A stretch of DNA of 64,000 nucleotides from Candidatus Caldarchaeum sp. (GTDB lineage: Archaea; Thermoproteota; Nitrososphaeria_A; Caldarchaeales; Caldarchaeaceae), in assembly GCA_038844785.1 (NCBI GenBank), contig JAWBRA010000009.1:3295-67294 (forward strand), read 5' to 3'. The translations under genes and the position numbers were made by a program. The notes beneath the pieces were generated by a model that saw only the letters and a list, made by a program, of their open reading frames with translations, ran no database searches and was not told the DNA's origin. Numbering within the stretch: position 1 is the first letter of the stretch; each line of letters starts with the position of its first letter. Positions 26,611 through 35,423 of the stretch are shown piece after piece.

Positions 26611-27438
26611 GGTTAGAAAAGCACGTCTCATCTCAGTTATCAGCTCGTTCAGCTCAGCCCTCCGTTTCTCCATCTGTGCAACCTCGTTCGAAAGAGATTC
26701 TTTATAGGCTTCGAGCTTGTTGATTTCTTCTTTAAGCTTGTTGGCTGTCGCTATCAATTTCTCAGCCTCAGCCTTGCTGTTTTCGAGAATAGCAAGCTTA
26801 TCCTCCAGCTCCTTCTCCCTACGTATCATCCGCTCCATTCTGATCTCTCTGAGCTTGAACATTTTGTCCATCTCTTTTCCAAAGCTTTCAAGCTTCTTCT
26901 GAGAATCTTCAAAGGCGGTCAAGTAACGCTCCTTAAGCATGTTTATCTCCTCCTCCAGACTCTCCTTTTTACGCATTAAGTCCTTTAGGGTTTCTTGGGC
27001 TTCGGCTATCTGCCGCTCTTTCTGCTCAAGCTCTGCTTTCCAGCGAGCCACCTCTTCTCTCAGCATCGCTAAGCTTTCTCTCTCAGTTTTGTATCGTTGA
27101 GCTTCCTTCATAAGGTTCTCCCTTTCCTTGAACAGCAAGTCAGCTGTTTCATGCAAGCTTTCACGCAAGGACTTAATCTCCTCCGTTACCGCTTTTAAAG
27201 AGTCTAGTGTGTAGTCCAACACGGCAGTCTTTTCAAGCAAGCCCTGCAAACGAGCCATAGACTTATGAGGTGTTGAAAACTGCTCAAGAACCAACCTTAC
27301 GTCCTCCTTGATTTTGGCCAACGCCTCCTCAACAAGCCCTATTCTCTCCTCCATCCGTTCAGTGAGCTGGACCCTTAGAGCAGCAACCTCTTTGCGGAGG
27401 TCTGCTATGCTGTCGGGCCTTTTGGAAAGCAGCCCCAT
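26605..27438 (-). CDS. Long coiled-coil protein
   Basis: 277 aa that is almost entirely heptad-repeat charged sequence (E/K/R/L rich). Convergent with, and overlapping, the 103-aa coiled-coil gene by 6 nt. Confidence 0.55.
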   Translation of the reverse strand: MGLLSKRPDSIADLRKEVAALRVQLTERMEERIGLVEEALAKIKEDVRLVLEQFSTPHKSMARLQGLLEKTAVLDYTLDSLKAVTEEIKSLRESLHETADLLFKERENLMKEAQRYKTERESLAMLREEVARWKAELEQKERQIAEAQETLKDLMRKKESLEEEINMLKERYLTAFEDSQKKLESFGKEMDKMFKLREIRMERMIRREKELEDKLAILENSKAEAEKLIATANKLKEEINKLEAYKESLSNEVAQMEKRRAELNELITEMRRAFLTS

Positions 27439-27570
27439 ACCTTACTTAACATAAACAACATCGTTATAAACCCTATCTGTATGAAAAAACCCGAAAACTC
27501 GTGGAAATCGGTTCCTCCTGTTTTAAAAACATGTTTTTATATGGTGCGGTATCCAGAGAATTAGACGGCC

Positions 27571-28260
27571 ATGGTGGTGTCTGAGCAGCGGCTTCTGATA
27601 AGGTTTTTTAAGCTAGGGTCGTTGCTTGCACTGGTAGGCAGCATACATATTCTCACGCTTCTTCTCCCGTGGTATGTGGTGAGGGCCGACACTGTTTCCA
27701 GAACTATTGTCAGCGGGTATCTCCTGCTTGAGACGCTTCTTCTGTCGGTCATGGGAGGGGTTTTGGCAGGCGTGTCCCTCCTTGCCACATCATTCTCGAC
27801 TAGGGCAGGGGTTGTCAGAATTGTGTTGTCGGTTCTAGCTATTCTGGGAGGGGTTTTAGCCTTGTTCTCCCCGATATACTTAAACCTCATCATAATACCG
27901 CGTCTCAACGTCGCAGGAGAGCCAGACCTTGGTTTTTTCGCATCTCTTTTCTCAGCAGTTGCTCTAATTGCGCTCGGCCTTATAGTGGTTTTAACAAGGC
28001 CTCAGAAAGTTGAGCTACCCTACCCCGGCTACTACGGGATGTCAGAGATCACAACACCTTCGGCGCCGGCTGAGCAGACAACGATGGAGCCTGTGGACAC
28101 GGTTGACGAGGGGGTTGTTTGTCCAATATGCTACACGACGGTTACGGCGGAAAACGCTGTCAAATGCTCCTCCTGCGGCGTAGTCTTCCACTCGGGCTGC
28201 GCCGACGCATACGTCAACATCAACGGAACATGTCCAAACTGCGGCCGAGCAGTTGTTTAA
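27571..28260 (+). CDS. Membrane-anchored (4 TM) protein with C-terminal C4HC3 RING-like zinc finger; paralog of the small RING E3
   Basis: 229 aa with four hydrophobic helices in the first about 150 aa, then a soluble linker. The C-terminus is C-x2-C-x11-C-x2-C-x4-H-x2-C-x9-C-x2-C (CPIC..CSSC..H..C..CPNC), the same spacing as the small RING protein at 26062. Confidence 0.7.
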   Translation: MVVSEQRLLIRFFKLGSLLALVGSIHILTLLLPWYVVRADTVSRTIVSGYLLLETLLLSVMGGVLAGVSLLATSFSTRAGVVRIVLSVLAILGGVLALFSPIYLNLIIIPRLNVAGEPDLGFFASLFSAVALIALGLIVVLTRPQKVELPYPGYYGMSEITTPSAPAEQTTMEPVDTVDEGVVCPICYTTVTAENAVKCSSCGVVFHSGCADAYVNINGTCPNCGRAVV

Positions 28261-28275
28261 CACGGTGCTTGGCTG

Positions 28276-29727
28276 ATGTCGCTTGAAAACATAGTAAAGC
28301 TAGGCCTAGAGAAAGGGTTTTTCTTTCCTTCGGCTGAGATCTACGCTAACGCGCCGGCTGGGTTCTGGGACTACGGTCACTTGGGCGTGTTGATGAAGCA
28401 GAAATACATTGCTGCGTGGCATAGGCTTCTAGTTCGCCGGGACGATATGATACTGGTTGACGGCTCTCAAATCCTACCCCGTGGAGTTTTCATAGCGTCG
28501 GGCCATATTGACACTTTTGCGGACCCTGTGAGCAAGTGCACGGCATGCGGCGCGGTTCACCGAATAGATAGGCTTCTTGAGGAGAGGCTGAATATTAAAG
28601 TGCCTGAGAGGACGCCGCCCGAGCAGATTGAAACCATCATAAGAAATTCGGGTTTCCGGTGTCCTCTCTGCGGTGGGGTGTTGGGTCCGGTTTCGCTTTT
28701 CAACATGATGTTTAAGGTTTCTGTGGGGGCTTCAGGTGAAGAAGCCTACCTAAGGCCTGAGACGTGCCAAAACATATTTGTAGACTTTCTGCGTCTGTAC
28801 AAGATCTCAAGACGGCGTCTGCCGATAGCGATGGCGCAAGTGGGAAAAAGTTTTAGAAACGAAATTTCCCCTCGTCAATCGCTCATCAGGCTCAGAGAGT
28901 TCACCCAAGCGGAGGTTGAGGTTTTCTACTCGCCGCACAAGGCCAACGAATTTCCCAAAATGGAGGCGGTAAAAGAATATCAGCTCAACATTTTGGTTGA
29001 CGACAAGCTGAAACAGTTTTCATGTTCCGACGCCGTAGCATCTGGTCTTGTGTCAAGCTGGCTGGCGGCTTATTATCTGGCTTTGGTGCAGGATTTTTAC
29101 CTGAGGGTCGGTGTGCCCAGGGAGAGGCTTAGGTTTAGAAGGCTGGGCGAAGATGAGAAGGCGTTCTATGCGGCTGAGGCATGGGATCTTGAGGTCTTGG
29201 TTGACGGTGAATGGATTGAGCTAGTCGCATGCAACAACAGAACCGACTACGACCTGACGGGCCATGCACGTGTGAGCGGGGTGGATTTAAAAGTTGTCGA
29301 AGACGGTATAGGGTTTGTTCCCCATGTATTCGAGCTTTCGATGGGTGTGGACAGAAGCATCCTCACCCTGCTTCAGCTCGCGTACACGGTTGAAGAAGGC
29401 AGGACTGTGCTAAAAATCCACCCGTCCCTAGCGCCTTACTCGGCCGCTGTATTTCCTCTGGTCGATAAGCCTGAGCTGTCTGAATTCGCTCAAAAACTTT
29501 ACGAGCGGCTGAAGCTTGACTTCGATGTCTTCTATGACGAAAGCGGCAGCATAGGAAGAAGATACAGACGGCAGGACGAAATCGGCACACCCTACTGCAT
29601 AACCGTGGACTACCAATCCTTGGAAGACAACACTGTGACCGTGAGGAACAGGGACACAATGAAGCAGGATAGAGTACACGTCACAGAGGTCAAAGAATAC
29701 TTGGACAAGGGATTGCGGCTGGTTTAA
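28276..29727 (+). CDS. glyS: Glycyl-tRNA synthetase (archaeal/eukaryotic-type alpha2 class II)
   Basis: 483 aa with class II aaRS motifs, including the motif 2 region FRNEISPRQSLIRLREFTQAE and motif 3 (GVDRS). C-terminal anticodon-binding domain. Confidence 0.85.
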   Translation: MSLENIVKLGLEKGFFFPSAEIYANAPAGFWDYGHLGVLMKQKYIAAWHRLLVRRDDMILVDGSQILPRGVFIASGHIDTFADPVSKCTACGAVHRIDRLLEERLNIKVPERTPPEQIETIIRNSGFRCPLCGGVLGPVSLFNMMFKVSVGASGEEAYLRPETCQNIFVDFLRLYKISRRRLPIAMAQVGKSFRNEISPRQSLIRLREFTQAEVEVFYSPHKANEFPKMEAVKEYQLNILVDDKLKQFSCSDAVASGLVSSWLAAYYLALVQDFYLRVGVPRERLRFRRLGEDEKAFYAAEAWDLEVLVDGEWIELVACNNRTDYDLTGHARVSGVDLKVVEDGIGFVPHVFELSMGVDRSILTLLQLAYTVEEGRTVLKIHPSLAPYSAAVFPLVDKPELSEFAQKLYERLKLDFDVFYDESGSIGRRYRRQDEIGTPYCITVDYQSLEDNTVTVRNRDTMKQDRVHVTEVKEYLDKGLRLV

Positions 29728-29763
29728 CGCAGATTTAAATAATCGTCGATAAACCTATCGACG

Positions 29764-30120
29764 ATGTCGCAGACTGACGCGCTCATCTACTATACGGTTC
29801 TCAGCGCGTTGCTTCCTGTCATCTTGTACGCCGCCAACAGGCTTCTAGCCCCTAAACGCAGCTCTCGAAGGAAAAGGCTTTCTTTTGAGAGCGGTCAGGT
29901 CCCGTTCGAATGGGCTGAGACATCTTTCCCTGTCGAGTATTTTCCATATGCGATAATATACATAGCTTACGCTGTTCTGTCGGTAGCTGTTTTCCTTTCG
30001 GCCGTGGCCATAATCGACAGGCCTGAAGCAGGCTTTAACCTAGTGCTTTTGCTAGCCGTATTGAGTGCTTCGTCGATTTATGCCGCTTTCAGCTTGAAGG
30101 AGCTTCCGCAGAGGCTGTAG
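29764..30120 (+). CDS. nuoA: NADH-quinone oxidoreductase subunit A
   Basis: 118 aa with 3 TM helices. Conserved NuoA core FESGQVPFE...PVEYFPYAIIYI. Confidence 0.8.
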   Translation: MSQTDALIYYTVLSALLPVILYAANRLLAPKRSSRRKRLSFESGQVPFEWAETSFPVEYFPYAIIYIAYAVLSVAVFLSAVAIIDRPEAGFNLVLLLAVLSASSIYAAFSLKELPQRL

Positions 30121-30123
30121 AAG

Positions 30124-31155
30124 ATGGCTGTGCCCATACCTCCACCACTAGATCAGGTTGTGAGGTTTGTAGCCAGCGAGGCTTTCGTGAAAGCCGCAAT
30201 CTTCCCCGGAGCCACGTTTGTGGCGGTTTTAGGCATACTCTCCGTTTGGTATGAGAGGAAACTTCTTGCGAGGGTTATGCTGAGGATAGGGCCTTTTCAT
30301 GTCGGAAAATATGGTGGATGGCTGCAGGTTGTCGCGGACGCTGTTAAGTTTCTTTCAAAAGAGTTCATAGTTCCCGCTCGAGCGAGGAAGAAGCTCTTCG
30401 TAACCATGCCTATGGCTGCTCTCCTGCTGGCTGCCATGCTTTTCGCTTTCATCCCGTTTAGCGGCTACTGGGTTATCTACAGGTCTGACATAGGCGTCCT
30501 TCTAGCATTCTTGTTCCTAGCGGTTTCACCAATACCTTTAATCGTAGCTGGTTGGGCGTCAGGCAGCAAGTACAGCTTCATAGGGATGATTCGTTTTGCT
30601 TTTCAGGTTTTCGCCTACGAAATTCCTTTGTTCCTTGCTTTGACCGGCGTGATCATAGCTGCGAGATCCTTCGACTTGGTTGAGATAGTTAACGCTCAAG
30701 CTGCTCTGCCGTTCATCGTAACCCAGGTTATCGGTTTTCTCGTATTCTTCATAGCTGCCGTCAGCGAAGCTGAACGGATTCCGTTCGACCTGCCTACAGC
30801 AGAGCAGGAGCTTGTCGAGGGTTGGATGGTGGAGTACGGCTCCGTTGGGTTCCTCACAATACAGCTGGCGATGTATACAAAGTTGGACGCTCTAGTATTT
30901 CTGGCCGTTGACCTTTATCTCGGCGGCTGGCACGGGCCAAGCATCCCCGGAGTACCTGAGACAATACTACATCCCTTCTGGGTCTTCGTGAAGTTTCTGA
31001 TAGTCCTGTCCGTAATCCTTCTCTTTAGAGGTGTTTACACACGTATAACGATAAAGAGGATACTTGACCTTGGCTGGAGGCTTCTGATACCTCTTGCCTT
31101 GATAAACCTTCTTCTCGTAAGCGTTAGTGTATACCTGCCGACCCTGGTGGCTTAA
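30124..31155 (+). CDS. nuoH: NADH-quinone oxidoreductase subunit H
   Basis: 343 aa polytopic protein. The NuoH/ND1 signature RIGPFHVGKYGGWLQVVADAVKF matches the canonical R.GPN..G..GLLQP.AD..K. Confidence 0.85.
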   Translation: MAVPIPPPLDQVVRFVASEAFVKAAIFPGATFVAVLGILSVWYERKLLARVMLRIGPFHVGKYGGWLQVVADAVKFLSKEFIVPARARKKLFVTMPMAALLLAAMLFAFIPFSGYWVIYRSDIGVLLAFLFLAVSPIPLIVAGWASGSKYSFIGMIRFAFQVFAYEIPLFLALTGVIIAARSFDLVEIVNAQAALPFIVTQVIGFLVFFIAAVSEAERIPFDLPTAEQELVEGWMVEYGSVGFLTIQLAMYTKLDALVFLAVDLYLGGWHGPSIPGVPETILHPFWVFVKFLIVLSVILLFRGVYTRITIKRILDLGWRLLIPLALINLLLVSVSVYLPTLVA

Positions 31156-31514
31156 CCCTTCCTCATCCTTTTCAGCTTAAACTCTAAGCCTGTGGAAATG
31201 ATGTTTGCCCTCACAATAGTGTAGACCACCTGGTCTAGAAGCCTGCCGTGCATGAAGTCATCCATTTTCTCCCCATATGTCCGGTAGATTTCATACATTG
31301 CTTTCAAGTTGTTCTCCAAGTCAAGCCTACCGGAGAGTGTGTGGTAGTGTTTGTTGGCTTTTATGCTTTCGAGGATGTTCACCGCTTTTTCGAGATGGTA
31401 GTAGTCCTCCGTGTCAAGGAATTCTCTCAAAACTGTCACAATGTTTCTGAGGCCTTGATGGAGGTTCAGCAGCTCAGGCCTTTCTTTCGGAGAGAGCTCG
31501 TGAGCCATCACCAC
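31152..31514 (-). CDS. Hypothetical alpha-helical protein co-transcribed downstream of nuoI
   Basis: 120 aa ORF overlapping the nuoI 3' end by 7 nt. No recognised motif. Confidence 0.4.
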   Translation of the reverse strand: MVMAHELSPKERPELLNLHQGLRNIVTVLREFLDTEDYYHLEKAVNILESIKANKHYHTLSGRLDLENNLKAMYEIYRTYGEKMDDFMHGRLLDQVVYTIVRANIISTGLEFKLKRMRKG

Positions 31515-32419
31515 CCCCTCAGAACCATCACAAGCTTGTCTATCCAGCCTATCTCAGCGGGCGGCGCGGTCAGTCCCTGCTTAGCGAGCTGCTTAGGAGT
31601 GTAGAGAAGCGACCGCCTATCCATGGCTGATAGCTCGTACTCGGGCATCATTTCCAAGGCGTAGAAAGGACATGCGTCCACGCACAGCCCGCAGAAAACG
31701 CATCTGCTGTAGTCAACGGATGGGAAGTAGGATTTCTTGTTGTGGGGTAGTTTTTCATCTATTTTCTTCACGGCGAGTAGTAGCTCATGCCTGCCGTTGG
31801 TGAGCCTATGGTATTCATCCTCTTTATCAGCGTCCTTCACCTCTATAACCTCGTCAACCCAGCCGTTTGATCTAGCCCAGTCGAGGAATGGGGTGAAGTA
31901 GTTTTCCAAGATGGCTTCAGACCTGTAGGCGTAGACGGGCTCGGCGTTGAGCATCCACTCAAAACCGGCGTCTACAAGCTTGATGGCCCTGAAATCTGTC
32001 CACGCTATTTGCGGCGTTGGATGGGAGTTATGATGCACGTTTTTAGGAGGGTTGTGCAAGCTGTCAACCAAAGTCTCGAAAAGCTGTACGGCTTCCTTCT
32101 CACCTTTTTTGAAAGACTCCATCAGCTCCTTACTGAACTTAAGGCTGACGTTAAAACCGTAGACCATTATTATAGCTTCTGCTATGTTTTGGCAAGCAAT
32201 GTCGCAGAGGCTGCAGCCTGTGCATTTGTCGAGGTAGAGGATGTGCCGGCCTTTGAAGCCTGGGTAGGCTATGCCTGCCTTCGGGTCGTAGCGATAGTTT
32301 TCACCTGTGGTATTCACTATTTTTTCAAAAGGATATTTTACGGTTACAGGGGTTGTGAATAAGTGTTTGAAAGCCACGAGCATCGGCTTAAGTATGCGTG
32401 CAAATGTCTCAAACACCAT
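31508..32419 (-). CDS. nuoI: NADH-quinone oxidoreductase subunit I homolog with ~150-aa insertion between the two [4Fe-4S] motifs
   Basis: 303 aa. NuoI-like N-terminus (VTVKYPFEK...KGRHILYLDKCTGCSLCDIACQ) and a second cluster motif CVFCGLCVDACP about 160 residues later. Typical NuoI is about 150-180 aa with adjacent motifs. Confidence 0.65.
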   Translation of the reverse strand: MVFETFARILKPMLVAFKHLFTTPVTVKYPFEKIVNTTGENYRYDPKAGIAYPGFKGRHILYLDKCTGCSLCDIACQNIAEAIIMVYGFNVSLKFSKELMESFKKGEKEAVQLFETLVDSLHNPPKNVHHNSHPTPQIAWTDFRAIKLVDAGFEWMLNAEPVYAYRSEAILENYFTPFLDWARSNGWVDEVIEVKDADKEDEYHRLTNGRHELLLAVKKIDEKLPHNKKSYFPSVDYSRCVFCGLCVDACPFYALEMMPEYELSAMDRRSLLYTPKQLAKQGLTAPPAEIGWIDKLVMVLRGW

Positions 32420-32462
32420 CCGGCGTTCACCGCCCGGGCTCTGTGCTAAAACTACAGAATCC

Positions 32463-32717
32463 TTATTTAATTAAGATGTTCTTCTCCAGCTTGGCTGTCA
32501 GGTATCTTCTGTAAAGCTTGTGTCCGAAGATTGCGTTTAGAATTGTGGCGGCTTGCAAGCCAGCGTGGGTCATGATGAAGACGCTGAGAGGCTGTTTTAA
32601 CACCACGATAACAACTATGGCCGTGATGAAGATGAAGAAGTGGACGAGGATAGCTGCAACAACCGCTGTCGTCTGGTATCTCTCGACGGCTTTGTCGATT
32701 GCTGTTTTAACCGCCAT
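32463..32717 (-). CDS. Small membrane protein, possible accessory subunit of the oxidase operon
   Basis: 84 aa with 1-2 TM helices. Overlaps the coxA stop by 11 nt. Confidence 0.4.
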   Translation of the reverse strand: MAVKTAIDKAVERYQTTAVVAAILVHFFIFITAIVVIVVLKQPLSVFIMTHAGLQAATILNAIFGHKLYRRYLTAKLEKNILIK

Positions 32718-34275
32718 CGCCGTCAGCCTTTGCCTTGACCGCGTCCAGTTTGTTGAGATATTCGCCGAGGAAGTCTGGCATGTTGTTTTTATTGGCTTCC
32801 CACGGGTCTTCGTCAGCTTTTGGCCCGAACTTCCAGCTCATAAGTATGTTTATCAGGAATATCGCTGTCCCTATGGCTATTATGACGGCGCCTACCGTGG
32901 CGGTTATGTGTAGCGGCTGAAACTCCTCGATATATGCATAGTATCGACGGGGCATGCCCATCAAGCCCAGCAACATCATAGACACGAACACGAGGTATTG
33001 CCCGATGTTCGCGGTGGCGAAATGGATTTTGCCGAGCGTCTCGCTGTACATTCTTTTAGTCAGGTAGGGGAAGTAATAGTATGTGGCTGCGAAAGCAGCC
33101 TGCGAGATTGCTCCGAAGAGTATGAAATGCATGTGACCCACAACCCAGTAAGTGTCTTGGAGATGCCAGTCAACGGGGATTGATGCTTGGAAGACTCCCG
33201 TGATTCCTCCGACGATGAAGGTTGCGATAAAGCTGAGGCTGAACAACGTGGGGGTGTTGAACCTTATTTTACCGCCCCACAGAGTCGCCTCCCAGTTTAC
33301 CACCTTTATCCCTGAAGGTATGGCTACAGACATGGTCATCAGCATGAAAGGTGCCAGCGTGAGGGGTGAGAGCCCAGTCGTGAACATGTGGTGAGCCCAT
33401 ACACCGAACCCGAGAACAGCTATCAAGACTGATGAAAGAGCTATCATCCTATAGCCAACTATAGGTTTTTTCACTAATCGCGGTATAAGTTCCGAGATGA
33501 CACCCATGGCGGGCAAAACGAGTATGTAAACCTCCGGGTGGCCGAAGAACCAGAACAGATGCTGCCATAAAATAGTGTCACCGCCTGAGCTGGGGAGGTA
33601 AAAACCTGTGCCAAGGTTCCTGTCCAACAGCAACAGTGTCAGGGCGAAAGCAATCACCGGCACAGCGAAAATAATGATGAAAGAGGTCACAACTATGGAC
33701 CAGACGAACAGCGGAAGCCTCCACAAACCTATGTCAGCGCGACGGAGCCTCCAAGTAGTTATTATAAAGTTTAGAGACCCTATCATGGAAGATGTTCCTG
33801 CGACATGGAGGCTGAGTATCCATAGATCTATCCCAGGGTTTGGCGTCACCACGGAAAGAGGAGTATAACCGGTCCATCCTATGTTCGCCCAGCTTGACAG
33901 CAGAAGAATACCTCCTGACAGGAAGAGCCAGAAACTCAGGGCATTGAGTTTGGGATAGTACATGTCTGGAGCGCCAATCATTTTTGGAAGAAGGTAGTTT
34001 GCGAAACCTGCGAAGACCGGCATTGCCCAGAAGAAGATCATAAGGGTGCCGTGGATGGTGAAAAGGCTTGCGTAAGTGTTGGGGTCTACAAAACCTCCTC
34101 TGGGTGTTGCGAGCTCCCAGCGCATTAGAAGAGCCAAAACCCCGCCAACAACCAGGAAGACGTAGGAGGCTGCGATATACATCAGACCTATGTGGGCGTG
34201 GTAGGTTGTTGACAATATCTTGTAGACATTCTTGTACCACGGTGCAGGTTTAACCTCAGCCCTCGTCACCGTCAT
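32707..34275 (-). CDS. coxA: Heme-copper oxidase subunit I (cytochrome c/quinol oxidase, aa3-type)
   Basis: His-ligand motifs WFFGHPEVY and HHMF, with 12 or more TM helices. The start is proposed at Met21 (MTVTR...), which overlaps the coxB stop in a TAATG arrangement. The maximal ORF starts at 34335. Confidence 0.85.
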   Translation of the reverse strand: MTVTRAEVKPAPWYKNVYKILSTTYHAHIGLMYIAASYVFLVVGGVLALLMRWELATPRGGFVDPNTYASLFTIHGTLMIFFWAMPVFAGFANYLLPKMIGAPDMYYPKLNALSFWLFLSGGILLLSSWANIGWTGYTPLSVVTPNPGIDLWILSLHVAGTSSMIGSLNFIITTWRLRRADIGLWRLPLFVWSIVVTSFIIIFAVPVIAFALTLLLLDRNLGTGFYLPSSGGDTILWQHLFWFFGHPEVYILVLPAMGVISELIPRLVKKPIVGYRMIALSSVLIAVLGFGVWAHHMFTTGLSPLTLAPFMLMTMSVAIPSGIKVVNWEATLWGGKIRFNTPTLFSLSFIATFIVGGITGVFQASIPVDWHLQDTYWVVGHMHFILFGAISQAAFAATYYYFPYLTKRMYSETLGKIHFATANIGQYLVFVSMMLLGLMGMPRRYYAYIEEFQPLHITATVGAVIIAIGTAIFLINILMSWKFGPKADEDPWEANKNNMPDFLGEYLNKLDAVKAKADGDGG

Positions 34276-34688
34276 TACTCCACCACCAGCCAAGCTATCA
34301 TGGAGTAATGGCCTTGGCCGCAGAACTCGGCACACTGAATTAAATACCTTCCGGGAACAGTGGGCGTGAAGTATAGAACGTTGGTTCTCCCGGGGACAAC
34401 GTCTTTCTTAAGACCTAGATCCCGGATGAAAATGCTGTGAATTACGTCAGCCGAGTGGAGCTCAAGCTTGACGGTCTGCCCCGCCTTCACCTTCAGCTCG
34501 CCGCTGACCCTGCCGTCCGGGTATATGAACTGCCATGCAAACTGCCTTGCCTCTACTCTTATAACCACGTCTGCCGGCTTAGGCTCCTCCAGAAAGTTGA
34601 GAACAATCCATGAATTATAACCTATAACTGCGAACAGGGCCAAAGCGCCGATGATGGTTAAGTTTTCAACAAGCTTAGACTTTTCCAT
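34275..34688 (-). CDS. coxB: Heme-copper oxidase subunit II (CuA domain)
   Basis: 137 aa with an N-terminal TM helix and a cupredoxin domain carrying the CuA motif CAEFCGQGHYSM. Confidence 0.8.
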   Translation of the reverse strand: MEKSKLVENLTIIGALALFAVIGYNSWIVLNFLEEPKPADVVIRVEARQFAWQFIYPDGRVSGELKVKAGQTVKLELHSADVIHSIFIRDLGLKKDVVPGRTNVLYFTPTVPGRYLIQCAEFCGQGHYSMIAWLVVE

Positions 34689-34693
34689 TTATC

Positions 34694-34924
34694 TCACCTC
34701 TTTTCCCTGAACCGGTAGATTATGAAGAAAAGAGCTCCGAGGAAGATGGCTCCAACGGCTGAGCCGGAGATATAGATGAACTGGTAAAGTTGGTTTATGG
34801 CTATCGTTTCAGGGGAAAGAGGTTTGAAAAGATTTCCGAAGTTTCCGACAACTAGCAAGGCCGCGAAAATGGTGAATATGATTCCTGCCAGCAAGATGTA
34901 ATCAGAGGGCTTCAACTCAGCCAT
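34694..34924 (-). CDS. Small 2-TM membrane protein in oxidase operon
   Basis: 76 aa with two hydrophobic helices. Sits between ctaA and coxB. Confidence 0.45.
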   Translation of the reverse strand: MAELKPSDYILLAGIIFTIFAALLVVGNFGNLFKPLSPETIAINQLYQFIYISGSAVGAIFLGALFFIIYRFREKR

Positions 34925-35423
34925 GCGAAAACACCTCTTCAGCCCTATTTTTGGTTTTTCCTACTACGACATAGGCAGCGGTTGCTGCAGCATATAAGGC
35001 CACTACCGTAGCTGCCACAGCTTGATGGATTGCCACAACGATGGGCGGTAGCGCCGTGAAGATGACTAGAGCGCCCACTATGAAGACCTGTAGAAATAGG
35101 GTTGCAAAACCGGTGTAAACAAGCCTTCTTCCACCGTGAACGGCTGTTTTGCGGGCTGAGAGGAAGGCAGCCAGGCCGAGGACGAACGTCATAAAGGCTA
35201 CTACTCTGTGACTGAATTCAAGAACTATAAACAAATCCGATTCTAACGGGCAAAGCGGCCAGTCGGGGCAAGCCAGCCCAGCGCCGACCTTGCTCACGTA
35301 GCTCCCCAAACCCATCGTCACCACAGCTAAAACAGCCGTCAGAAAAGTAAGGCTTGAAACAGCCGGCGGACGCATTGGTAAGCGTTTTCGTTTCGATAAT
35401 TTATACATAGCTTGAAGCGACAT
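34917..35423 (-). CDS. ctaA: Heme A synthase, short 4-TM archaeal type
   Basis: 168 aa. The conserved Cys pair in the TM1-2 loop (GAGLACPDWPLC) matches the CtaA GxGCPDWPxC motif, and His residues in the TM helices are candidate heme ligands. Confidence 0.7.
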   Translation of the reverse strand: MSLQAMYKLSKRKRLPMRPPAVSSLTFLTAVLAVVTMGLGSYVSKVGAGLACPDWPLCPLESDLFIVLEFSHRVVAFMTFVLGLAAFLSARKTAVHGGRRLVYTGFATLFLQVFIVGALVIFTALPPIVVAIHQAVAATVVALYAAATAAYVVVGKTKNRAEEVFSHG

